Assembly: GCA_009377505.1 (NCBI GenBank)
Contig: WHTX01000002.1
Location: 1 to 53,891 of the forward strand
Reading direction: 5' to 3'
Length of the DNA: 53,891 bases
Origin: Acidimicrobiia bacterium
GTDB lineage: Bacteria; Actinomycetota; Acidimicrobiia; Acidimicrobiales; CAIXPF01
In this document: positions 29,885 through 37,339 of the stretch, piece after piece
Layout of the letters: each line of letters starts with the position of its first letter
How positions within the stretch are numbered: position 1 is the first letter of the stretch
Notes under the pieces: generated by a model
Seen by the model: the letters and a program-made list of their open reading frames with translations, nothing else
Database searches by the model: none
Told to the model about the DNA's origin: nothing
Position numbers and translations under genes: made by a program

Positions 29885-30256
29885 GTGGACTGGAAACTCG
29901 AACTGGTAGCCATCCCCGTCACCGACGTGGACCGTGCCAAGGCCTTCTACACCGAGAAGGCCGGGTTCGACGCCGACCACGACCACAGGGTCAGCGACAC
30001 GATCCGCTTCGTGCAGCTGACGCCTCCAGGCTCGGCCTGCTCGATCGCCCTCGGCGAAGGCGTCGTGGACGCGCCGGCGGGATCGGTGAAGGGCATGCAG
30101 ATGGTCGTCTCGGACATCGCGGCAGCCCATGCGGAGCTGGCCGGGCGGGGGGTGGAGGTCAGCGACGTACAGGAGTTCCCCTGGGGCTCCTTCGTGTTCT
30201 TCAGCGACCCGGACGGCAACAGCTGGGCCGTGCAGCAGCTGCCGGCTCGGGGCTGA
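29885..30256 (+). CDS. VOC/glyoxalase-family protein
   Basis: 123 aa. IPVTDVDRAKAFYTEKAGF...FFSDPDGNSWAVQQ. Confidence 0.8.
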   Translation: MDWKLELVAIPVTDVDRAKAFYTEKAGFDADHDHRVSDTIRFVQLTPPGSACSIALGEGVVDAPAGSVKGMQMVVSDIAAAHAELAGRGVEVSDVQEFPWGSFVFFSDPDGNSWAVQQLPARG

Positions 30257-30413
30257 GATGCTCACCGATGGAGCCGACGGCGGTGGTCGACGGCGGCGGC
30301 GAGGACCACGGCAGCCGCCGTCCTCTCGGCCTCGGGGGCGGGGACCTCCCCGTGGTCTCGGGGAGGTCCCCCGCCACGAGCACAGACATGGCTGGCCGGG
30401 GACCGGCGACGGC

Positions 30414-31334
30414 TCAGCCCGGCCGGCCCAGGCGCCCCTTCAGCACGGTGGGCCGGTCACCGAACAGCTCGGCCCGGGCCTCGGCGAGCTCGGCGACGGT
30501 CCAGCGGTCCTTGCCCTTGCGGATCCTGGCGACCCGGTGCCAGCCCTCCATGAGCTGGACCTGGTCCCCGCCCACGACGAAGGTCTGGCCGGTGATGTCG
30601 GCGGCGGCGTCCGTGCAGAGGTAGGCGACCCACGGCGAGACGTTGTCCGGGTCGTCGGCGTCCCACTGGCCCTCGCCCCGCTCGAAGCGCTCGGCCCCGA
30701 AGGTGTTGACCGTCATCCGGGTCCGCGCCCGCGGGTTGATCGTGTTGCACGTCACGCCGTAGCGGGCGACCTCCTGGGCCACCTCGATGCCGAGGGCGGC
30801 GATGCCCGCCTTCGCCGCCGAGTAGTTGGGCTGGCCCGGGTTGCCGAAGAGGCCAGCCTCCGAGGCGGTGTACACGATGCGGCCGCCCACGGGCTCGCCC
30901 GTCTCCTTGAAGCGCTCTCGCCAGTAGGCGGTGGCCCACCGGGTGGGCACGAAGTGGCCCTTCAGGTGGACCCTGATGACCGAGTCCCACTCGTCCTCGG
31001 CCATGTTGAACACCGTGCGGTCGCGCACGAAGCCGGCGTTGCAGACGAGCCCGTCGAGGCGGCCGAACTGCTCCACCGCCTGGTTGACGAGCCGCTGCGC
31101 CCCCTCCCAGTCGGCGACGTCGTCGTGGTTGGCCACTGCCCGGTGGCCCGCGGCCTCGAGCTCGGCCGCCACCTCGGTGGCCGGCCGGGCGTCGGTGCCC
31201 CGCCCGTCCCACTCCCCGCCCAGGTCGTTGACCACCACCGCGGCGCCTTCGGACGCGAGCAACTGGGCATGGCTACGCCCCAGCCCGCGCCCCCCACCAG
31301 TGACGATCACGACCTTTCCGTCGAGCATGCCCAT
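30414..31334 (-). CDS. SDR-family oxidoreductase
   Basis: KVVIVTGGGRGLGRSHA cofactor motif. YSAAKAG catalytic motif. Confidence 0.85.
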   Translation of the reverse strand: MGMLDGKVVIVTGGGRGLGRSHAQLLASEGAAVVVNDLGGEWDGRGTDARPATEVAAELEAAGHRAVANHDDVADWEGAQRLVNQAVEQFGRLDGLVCNAGFVRDRTVFNMAEDEWDSVIRVHLKGHFVPTRWATAYWRERFKETGEPVGGRIVYTASEAGLFGNPGQPNYSAAKAGIAALGIEVAQEVARYGVTCNTINPRARTRMTVNTFGAERFERGEGQWDADDPDNVSPWVAYLCTDAAADITGQTFVVGGDQVQLMEGWHRVARIRKGKDRWTVAELAEARAELFGDRPTVLKGRLGRPG

Positions 31335-31446
31335 GCGGTCCCCTCCATCCCCGGACGTGCGCCCGTCCCCCCTTGGCTAGCCGAAGGCCCCGCCCCGGTC
31401 GAGCTCGACGCCCGCGCCCGACGAGCCGCCCGCCCCCAGCGGGGAC

Positions 31447-31571
31447 CCGGCCGGCCCGTCCCCCCTCTCCGACCGCTACGGCCTCCCGAGCCCTTGGGAG
31501 CTCCCGTCTGGGTGCGCTCGTTGCCCTGCCGGGCTCGCACGCACCCGGCAGGGCCCCTGGAACTACTCGTC
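31447..31571 (+). repeat. Dispersed ~110-nt intergenic element, copy Y (blocks ordered A then B), containing an 11-bp hairpin
   Basis: Hairpin GCCCTGCCGGG (31523-33) / CCCGGCAGGGC (31544-54) with loop ctcgcacgca. Long exact matches to 7092-7247. Confidence 0.75.
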
Positions 31572-31584
31572 TAGGGTTCGGGCC

Positions 31585-32670
31585 ATGAGCGATGTCGCCC
31601 TCGCGCCCGAGATCGAGGCGCTGCGTGCCGCGGCCGAGCGCCTCGCCGGCCGTGAGCTCGGGCCCAACGTGCGCCGGGCCGAAGGCGAGGGGCGGTGGCC
31701 CGCGCCGGTGCTCGCCGTGCTCGAGGGCTTCCCGCTCGGCGGCCTCGACCTCCCTAGTCGCCTCGGCGGCGTGGACGCCGGGTGCCTGGCCAAGGTGGTC
31801 GTGCTCGAGACGCTGGCCGCGGCGGACGCCGGGGGCCTGCCCGCGGCGGACCAGCCGGGCCGGGCGAGCGGCGCCGTCCTCGCCTGCCCCGACCGCGGCA
31901 CCGCCGAGCAGGTCGCCACCAGTTGCCTCGCCGGTACGGCGCAGGGCGCCCTCGTCGTCGTCGACCCCGACAACGGCGCCGAGACCAGCCCGGTTCGGGT
32001 GGAATGGGCGCCGGCGTGGCCGCCGCTGCGCTGGGCCTGGGTCAGCAAGGGCGACCGGCTCCGCCTGGTCGAGGTCCCGAACGAGCCCGAACTGGCGCCG
32101 GCGCTGGCCTTCCAAGCGTCGGGAGGGGTGTCCGTCGCCGGGGGGACCGGCGCGGACGCCCTGCCCGTCGTGGGCGACTGGCAGCTCGCGCCCGGGGGCG
32201 GGCTGGCCGTGCGGGGCCGCGCCCGGCTGTGGGCGGCCGCGGTCGCCGTGGGCATCGCCCAGGCGGCCTTCGACGCCACCGTCGCCTACACCGTCGAACG
32301 GGTCGTCTTCGGCAAGCCCGTCGCCCACCACCAGGGCAACGCCTTCGCCCTGGCGGCCGCGGCCGCCGGCGTGCACGGGGCGCGCCTGGTGGTGCGCGAC
32401 GCGGCCACGGCGTTCGACGAGGGCGACGAGCACGCCGGGTTCTGGGCCACCCAGGCCTGGCTCGAGACCATGGACGCCGCCTTCGTCGCCACCGACCTCG
32501 GCATCCAGCTCCTCGGCGGCCACGGCTTCCTCGTCGACCACCTCGCCGAGAAGCGCTTCCGCGAGGCGCGCATGCTGGCGCTGCTCGCCGGGGGCCGCGA
32601 CGCCGCCGACGCGGACGTCGCCGACTGCGTCCTCGACGTGCCCGACCCCCTGTTCAGCGCCCAGGAGTGA
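31585..32670 (+). CDS. Acyl-CoA dehydrogenase family protein (likely partner subunit)
   Basis: ACAD C-terminal helical pattern (QAAFDATVAYTVERVVFGKPVAHHQG). Immediately followed by a second ACAD gene. Confidence 0.8.
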   Translation: MSDVALAPEIEALRAAAERLAGRELGPNVRRAEGEGRWPAPVLAVLEGFPLGGLDLPSRLGGVDAGCLAKVVVLETLAAADAGGLPAADQPGRASGAVLACPDRGTAEQVATSCLAGTAQGALVVVDPDNGAETSPVRVEWAPAWPPLRWAWVSKGDRLRLVEVPNEPELAPALAFQASGGVSVAGGTGADALPVVGDWQLAPGGGLAVRGRARLWAAAVAVGIAQAAFDATVAYTVERVVFGKPVAHHQGNAFALAAAAAGVHGARLVVRDAATAFDEGDEHAGFWATQAWLETMDAAFVATDLGIQLLGGHGFLVDHLAEKRFREARMLALLAGGRDAADADVADCVLDVPDPLFSAQE

Positions 32671-32672
32671 CC

Positions 32673-33863
32673 GTGACCCGCTTCGACCAACGAACCCGGG
32701 AGATGATCGAGGAGGTCCGGGAGCTCGGCCGCACCTACATGCGCCCCATGGGCCTGGAGAGCGACCGTACTGCCGACCCGCCGCCCGTGGACCACCCCTT
32801 CTACCTGCTCTGCGCCCGCCAGGGCGGCCTGGTCAGCCGGGTGATCGGCGAGGGCGAGCGCAACGAGGGCGGCGAGGCGCTCGCCTGGCGGCCGGTGCGC
32901 AACTTCCTCCTCGGCGAGGAGAGCGCGTACTGGGACCGGGGGGTGGCCCTCTCCCTCCCCGGCCCAGGCATCGGCGGGGCGGCACTGCGCAGCACGGCCA
33001 CGCCCGAGCAGCGCCAGCGCTTCCTCGAGGTCTTCACCGACCACTCCCGCGCCCACTGGGGCGCCATGGCCATGACCGAGCCCGGCGCGGGCAGCGACGT
33101 GGCCCGCATCCAGACCAGGGCGCGCAAGGACGGCGACGAGTGGGTGCTCAACGGCCAGAAGATGTTCTGCTCGAACGCGGCGCGCGCCGACTGGGTGGTC
33201 GTGTGGGCCACGGTCGACGCCTCCCTGGGCCGTGAGGGCCACCGCGCCTTCGTCGTCGAACGGTCCACGCCCGGCTTCGAGATCCTCAAGATCGAGCACA
33301 AGATGGGGTCACGAGGCTACGAGACCACGAGCTTCGTGCTGGAGGACGCCCGGGTGCCCGCCGAGAACCTCCTCGGCGGCGAGGCCTTCTACGAGTCCCG
33401 CCGCGGCTTCAAGGGCGCCATGGCCACGTTCAACACCACCCGGCCCCTCCACGTGGCCCACGGGGTGGGCATGGGCCGCGCCGCCCACGACTTCGCCCTC
33501 GACGTCGTGCGCTCGGACTACCCGTCCCAGGGCCGGCGGCGCCGGCGCGCCCTCGAGCGCCTCGGCGAGATCCGGCGGGGCCTGCAGACGGCCCGCCTCA
33601 TGTACCTGCACGCCGTGTACCTGGCCAAGGCGGGCCAGTCGAACGCCCTCGAAGCCTCCTACGCCAAGCTGTACGCGCCGCCGGTGGTCCTCCGCGCCGT
33701 CGCCACCGCCCTCGACATCGTCGGCGAAGCCGGCGTGCGCAACGACCGGATGCTCGAGAAGCTCTACCGGGACGTCAAGATCCTCGACATCGGCGAGGGC
33801 ACCCAGCAGGTGCAGCGCGTCGTCGTCGCCCGCCAACTCCTCGACTTCCCCCGCGACGTGTAG
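32673..33863 (+). CDS. Acyl-CoA dehydrogenase family protein
   Basis: AGGAG before GTG 32673. AMAMTEPGAGSDV, WVLNGQKMFCSNA, ILDIGEGTQQVQR. Confidence 0.85.
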   Translation: MTRFDQRTREMIEEVRELGRTYMRPMGLESDRTADPPPVDHPFYLLCARQGGLVSRVIGEGERNEGGEALAWRPVRNFLLGEESAYWDRGVALSLPGPGIGGAALRSTATPEQRQRFLEVFTDHSRAHWGAMAMTEPGAGSDVARIQTRARKDGDEWVLNGQKMFCSNAARADWVVVWATVDASLGREGHRAFVVERSTPGFEILKIEHKMGSRGYETTSFVLEDARVPAENLLGGEAFYESRRGFKGAMATFNTTRPLHVAHGVGMGRAAHDFALDVVRSDYPSQGRRRRRALERLGEIRRGLQTARLMYLHAVYLAKAGQSNALEASYAKLYAPPVVLRAVATALDIVGEAGVRNDRMLEKLYRDVKILDIGEGTQQVQRVVVARQLLDFPRDV

Positions 33864-33872
33864 CGGCGCTGC

Positions 33873-34778
33873 TCAGTGGCCGGCCTCGATGAGCCCCCAC
33901 CGGCGGCGGATGGCGCGGTCGAGGGTGCCGAACACGAGGGCGTCGACGGCGATGCCGATGGCCAGGATGACGATCATGGTCGCGATCAGCCCCGAGGAGT
34001 CGGCGAGCTCACGGTTGATCTGGAGCAGGAACCCGATCGACGGCTCGTTGGGGATGACGACGATGAGCTCGCCCGCCATGAGGCTCCGCCAGGCGAACGC
34101 CCACCCCTGCTTGAGCCCGCCCACGAAGGAGGGCAGCGAGGCGGGCAGGATGATGTGGCGGTAGGCCTGGAGGCCCCGGGCGCCGAGCACCCGTCCGGCC
34201 CGCAGGAGGATGGGGGGGATGTGGTCGGCGCCGGCGATGAGCCCGTTGGCGATGGCCGGCGCGGCGCCGAGCACGACGACGAAGAGGATCGCCTGCTCGG
34301 AGAGCTTGAAGAGCAGGATTGCCAGGGGGAACCAGGCGATGGAGGGCATGGTCTGCACCCCGGTGATCAGGGAGCCCACGGCCGTGCGCACCGGCTTGAC
34401 CCGGGCCACGACGCTGCCCACGACCACGCCGATGACCGTCGCCAGGGTGAAGCCGATGGCGGCCCGGCGCAGCGTGATGGCCATCGCCTCGGCGATCGTG
34501 CCGTCCAACAGCAGGTCCCACAGGTCGCGCAGCGTCTCGCCCGGCGACGCGAGCGCATAGGTGGGCTTCCACCCCGACCACACCACGGCCTGCCACAGGA
34601 AGAGCCCGATGGCGACCGCCGCCACCTTGGGCCACGTCGAGCGCCACAGCCGCCGCCGACGGGTCTCGCCGGCCGCCTCGGCGAGCTCGAGCGCGTCGAG
34701 CCCGGCGAAGGTGTCGTCGAGGTTCTGCGCCCCGTCCTCGGTGGGCACGGCGCCGGCGCGGATGGAGTCAGTGGGCAT
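33873..34778 (-). CDS. ABC transporter permease (NitT/TauT family)
   Basis: Six-TM BPD-type permease with an EAA-like loop. Start overlaps the ATPase stop by 11 nt. Confidence 0.85.
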   Translation of the reverse strand: MPTDSIRAGAVPTEDGAQNLDDTFAGLDALELAEAAGETRRRRLWRSTWPKVAAVAIGLFLWQAVVWSGWKPTYALASPGETLRDLWDLLLDGTIAEAMAITLRRAAIGFTLATVIGVVVGSVVARVKPVRTAVGSLITGVQTMPSIAWFPLAILLFKLSEQAILFVVVLGAAPAIANGLIAGADHIPPILLRAGRVLGARGLQAYRHIILPASLPSFVGGLKQGWAFAWRSLMAGELIVVIPNEPSIGFLLQINRELADSSGLIATMIVILAIGIAVDALVFGTLDRAIRRRWGLIEAGH

Positions 34779-35652
34779 GGCGGAGCACCTCTCGGCGGAG
34801 CAGGTTCGTCACCGACCCGGCGAGCTCGCTGACCTCGGGGGACTCGATCCGCCGGGGCCGCTCGATGCTCACGTCGATGGTGGTCGCCACCCGCCCCGGG
34901 CGGCTCGACAGCACGACGATGCGGTCGGCCAGGCGGGCCGCCTCGCGCACGTTGTGGGTGACGAAGAGGATGGTCAGGTTACGGTCCGCCCACAGCGATT
35001 CGAGCTCGTCGTGGAGCAGGTCACGGGTCATGGCGTCGAGGGCCCCGAAGGGCTCGTCCATCAGCAGGATGTCGGCGTCCTGGGCGAACGCCCGGGCCAG
35101 CGCCACCCGTTGGCGCATGCCTCCCGAGAGCTCGTGGGGGCGACGGGCGGCGAAGCCGCTCAGGTGGACGGTGCGCAGCAGCGTCTCGACGCGGGCACGG
35201 CGGGCGTCCCTGGCCACGCCCCGGAGCTTGAGGGCGAGGTCCACGTTGCCAGCCACGGTGAGCCAGGGGAACAGCGCCGCGTCCTGGAACATGAGCCCCG
35301 TGCGGCCCTCGACGTGGAGCCGGCCCGCGCTCGGGGCGTCGAGCCCGGCGACGAGGTTCAACAGGGTGCTCTTGCCGCACCCCGAGGCGCCCACGACGCA
35401 GGTCAGCTCGCCCGGTTGGACCTCGAGGTCGATGCGGTCGAGGGCGGCGACGGGTTGGCGGCCCCCGCCGTACACCTTGCTCACCTGGTGCAGGGCGACC
35501 ACAGGGAGGGGGCCCGGCGGGCGGCCGGGCACGACGACAGCGCCTGTCGGGCCGTTCGCTTCGCTCGGTGCCCCCCACTCTCGGCCGCTCAGGCCGTTCG
35601 CTGCGCTCGGTGCCCCCCGCTCCCGGCCGCTCGGGCCGTTCGCTGCGCTCAC
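34768..35652 (-). CDS. ABC transporter ATP-binding protein (NitT/TauT family); N-terminal ~50 codons are repeat-encoded, alternative start GTG 35502
   Basis: Walker A GASGCGKST, signature LSGGMRQRVALARA, Walker B ILLMDEPFGALD. GTG 35652 forms a GTGA overlap with the SBP stop. Confidence 0.8.
   Translation of the reverse strand: MSAANGPSGRERGAPSAANGLSGREWGAPSEANGPTGAVVVPGRPPGPLPVVALHQVSKVYGGGRQPVAALDRIDLEVQPGELTCVVGASGCGKSTLLNLVAGLDAPSAGRLHVEGRTGLMFQDAALFPWLTVAGNVDLALKLRGVARDARRARVETLLRTVHLSGFAARRPHELSGGMRQRVALARAFAQDADILLMDEPFGALDAMTRDLLHDELESLWADRNLTILFVTHNVREAARLADRIVVLSSRPGRVATTIDVSIERPRRIESPEVSELAGSVTNLLRREVLRHAH
35550..35652. repeat. MIRU-like 42-bp tandem repeat, ~2.4 copies (family copy B)
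   Basis: Units start at 35550, 35592 and 35634. 34 of 42 positions are identical to the 28114-28269 unit, in the same orientation. Confidence 0.9.
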
Positions 35653-36749
35653 AGGCCGCCCACTCCGGTGTTGCCCCGCTCGGCGAGCAGCTCGTTCAGG
35701 ATCGTCAGGTCGTAGATGTCGGCGAGGTCGACCTCGTCGAGCAGCCCGGCGGCCACGGCGTCGTCCTTGGACTTCGCCAGCGACGAGGCGATGGGGTCGG
35801 CGGTGAAGGTCAACCGCTCCCAGGCACCGGCGATGGTCGACTCGGGGAGCGCCTTGGTCGTGATGCGCTCGATGCCGGCGTTGGTCGCCGCCCGGGCCCT
35901 GGCCGGGTCCTCGTTGGCGACGTCGATGGCCTCGAGGAGGCCGGTGATGAGCGCCCTCACGACCTGCGGGTTCGCCCCGAGGTAGTCGGTGTCGACGATC
36001 AGGTGGGTCGTGACGAACTGGCCATCGGGCCAGACGTCCCGCTCGTCGACCAGCACCTTGCCCCCGCCCTCCAGCTCGAGCCGTGTCGCCCAGGGCTCGG
36101 GCACCCAAGCGCCGTCGATCGCGCCCTCGCGGAAGGTGGTCAGCGTGTCGGCGTTGGCCTGGGGCCGGATGGACACGTCGCCCCCGCCGGTGACGTCGGC
36201 GGCGTAGCCGTGCTCGGTCAGCCAGGCGCGCAGGGCGACGTCCTGTGTGTTGCCGAGGGATGGCGTGGCCAGGGTCGTGCCCGCCAGGTCCTCGGGCGAG
36301 TCGATGCCCTCCCGCACGACGAGGGAGGCGCCGCCCGACGTGGTGCCGGCCACGATGCGCAGCGCCTCGCCACCGGACTGGGCGAAGCCGTTGATGGCCG
36401 GGTTCGGGCCGATGAAGCTCGCGTCGATGGCCCCCGAGAACAGCGCCTCGATCGCCTCGGTGCCGGAGTTGAAGTACACGTACTCCACCTGCACGCCCTC
36501 GCCGAGGCTGGCTGCGAACATGCCCTCCTCCTCGCCGATCACGGCAGGAGCGTGGGTGACGTTGGCGAAGTAGCCGAGGCGCAGAGCGCCGGACTCGGAC
36601 GCCCCGGGCCCCTCGGTCGCCCCGCTCGACGTGCTCGCCGCGTCGTCGTCCGAGGAGCTGTCCCCGCAGGCGGCGGCGGCGAGCCCGACGGCCACGAGGA
36701 CGGCGAGAAGAGGCAGGCGCCGACGTATGCCTACAAAGTCGATCAACAT
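35649..36749 (-). CDS. ABC transporter substrate-binding lipoprotein (NitT/TauT family)
   Basis: MLIDFVGIRRRLPLLAVLVAVGLAAAACG lipobox signal. Periplasmic-binding-protein-like body. Confidence 0.8.
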   Translation of the reverse strand: MLIDFVGIRRRLPLLAVLVAVGLAAAACGDSSSDDDAASTSSGATEGPGASESGALRLGYFANVTHAPAVIGEEEGMFAASLGEGVQVEYVYFNSGTEAIEALFSGAIDASFIGPNPAINGFAQSGGEALRIVAGTTSGGASLVVREGIDSPEDLAGTTLATPSLGNTQDVALRAWLTEHGYAADVTGGGDVSIRPQANADTLTTFREGAIDGAWVPEPWATRLELEGGGKVLVDERDVWPDGQFVTTHLIVDTDYLGANPQVVRALITGLLEAIDVANEDPARARAATNAGIERITTKALPESTIAGAWERLTFTADPIASSLAKSKDDAVAAGLLDEVDLADIYDLTILNELLAERGNTGVGGL

Positions 36750-37117
36750 AGTCAGGATTTCTACAGCCGCCGGACGGGCCTCGGCAAGCGAGTCCCGCCG
36801 GCGCCGTCGGTCGGCCGGGCGCCCCGCCGCCCCGGGCCCCGAACGGCTACGGGCGACGTCGGCGCCGCCGAACCAGGCACCGGCGCCGCTCCTCGGGCCG
36901 GTGGCCCGGCGGGACCAGGACATCACAAACGCCATGACCATCCAGGGGCTGTCGGCGTGGGGCGGTCGGGCAGTGGCCCCGTCATCGGCCCCATGCTCGA
37001 CCTCCCGGGTACTGGGCATCTGCATCCTCTGTGACCGCCCTCGTGGGGCGGATGGCGGTCAACACGCCATGCCTGGCCTCCGAGAAACGCCGTGTCAACC
37101 GTTCGTCGCGTTGATCC

Positions 37118-37146
37118 TGGACGGCACGGAGGTCGCTTGCTAGAGT
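37118..37146 (+). promoter_or_regulatory. Candidate promoter for the tRNA-like RNA (-35 TGGACG, 17-nt spacer, -10 TAGAGT)
   Basis: Hexamers read by eye. The -10 ends 13 nt before the first G of the tRNA-like acceptor stem. Confidence 0.3.
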
Positions 37147-37159
37147 TCGGCGTCACTTG

Positions 37160-37227
37160 GGGGGCGTAGCTCAGTTGGGAGAGCACGGCTTGCCGAGACA
37201 GGGGTTCAAATCCCCTCCCCTCCACCA
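37160..37227 (+). tRNA. Atypical tRNA-Ala-derived RNA lacking an anticodon arm (68 nt including CCA); functional tRNA-like carrier or pseudogene
   Basis: Acceptor GGGGGCG/CCCCTCC with G3:T70. D arm GCTC-AGTTGGGA-GAGC. T arm AGGGG-TTCAAAT-CCCCT. A73 and CCA present. Only 15 nt (ACGGCTTGCCGAGAC) lie between the D and T arms. Confidence 0.6.
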
Positions 37228-37339
37228 AGTCCCACGACTTCTAGCTAGCCGTGACCCCGGAAGTCCGTGGCATGATCAGGCCGGCCGAGTCGGTCGACGA
37301 CTCGATGTCGTCAAAGCCCGACCCCGGAGGATGCCCGAT

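Noticed and set aside
31571-31584. CTAGGGTTCGGGCC resembles the 5' start of ykkC/guanidine-I riboswitches (CUAGGGUUCCG)
   Set aside because: Only about 10 nt match. The sequence abuts the ATG at 31585, and none of the downstream conserved cores (GGUCCGAGAG, ACACGGCGGGA) are present.
36750-37117. TPP riboswitch in front of the NitT/TauT-type (ThiY-like?) ABC importer
   Set aside because: Neither CTGAGA nor ACCTGAT cores occur on the minus strand of this leader.
37160-37227. Calling this a canonical, decodable tRNA-Ala or tRNA-Gly (a GCC triplet occurs at 37192-94)
   Set aside because: Only 15 nt separate the D and T arms, and no 5-bp stem with a 7-nt loop can be drawn, so no anticodon can be assigned. 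It is kept as an atypical tRNA-like RNA or possible pseudogene.
37157-37339. N-terminal 61-codon extension of the AlaRS-like ORF (the track start at 37157 gives a 501-aa protein)
   Set aside because: The extension is simply the translation of the tRNA-like sequence and spacer (MGGVAQLGEHGLPRQGFKSPPLH...). A GGAGG RBS sits 9 nt before ATG 37340, and the AlaRS homology begins there.
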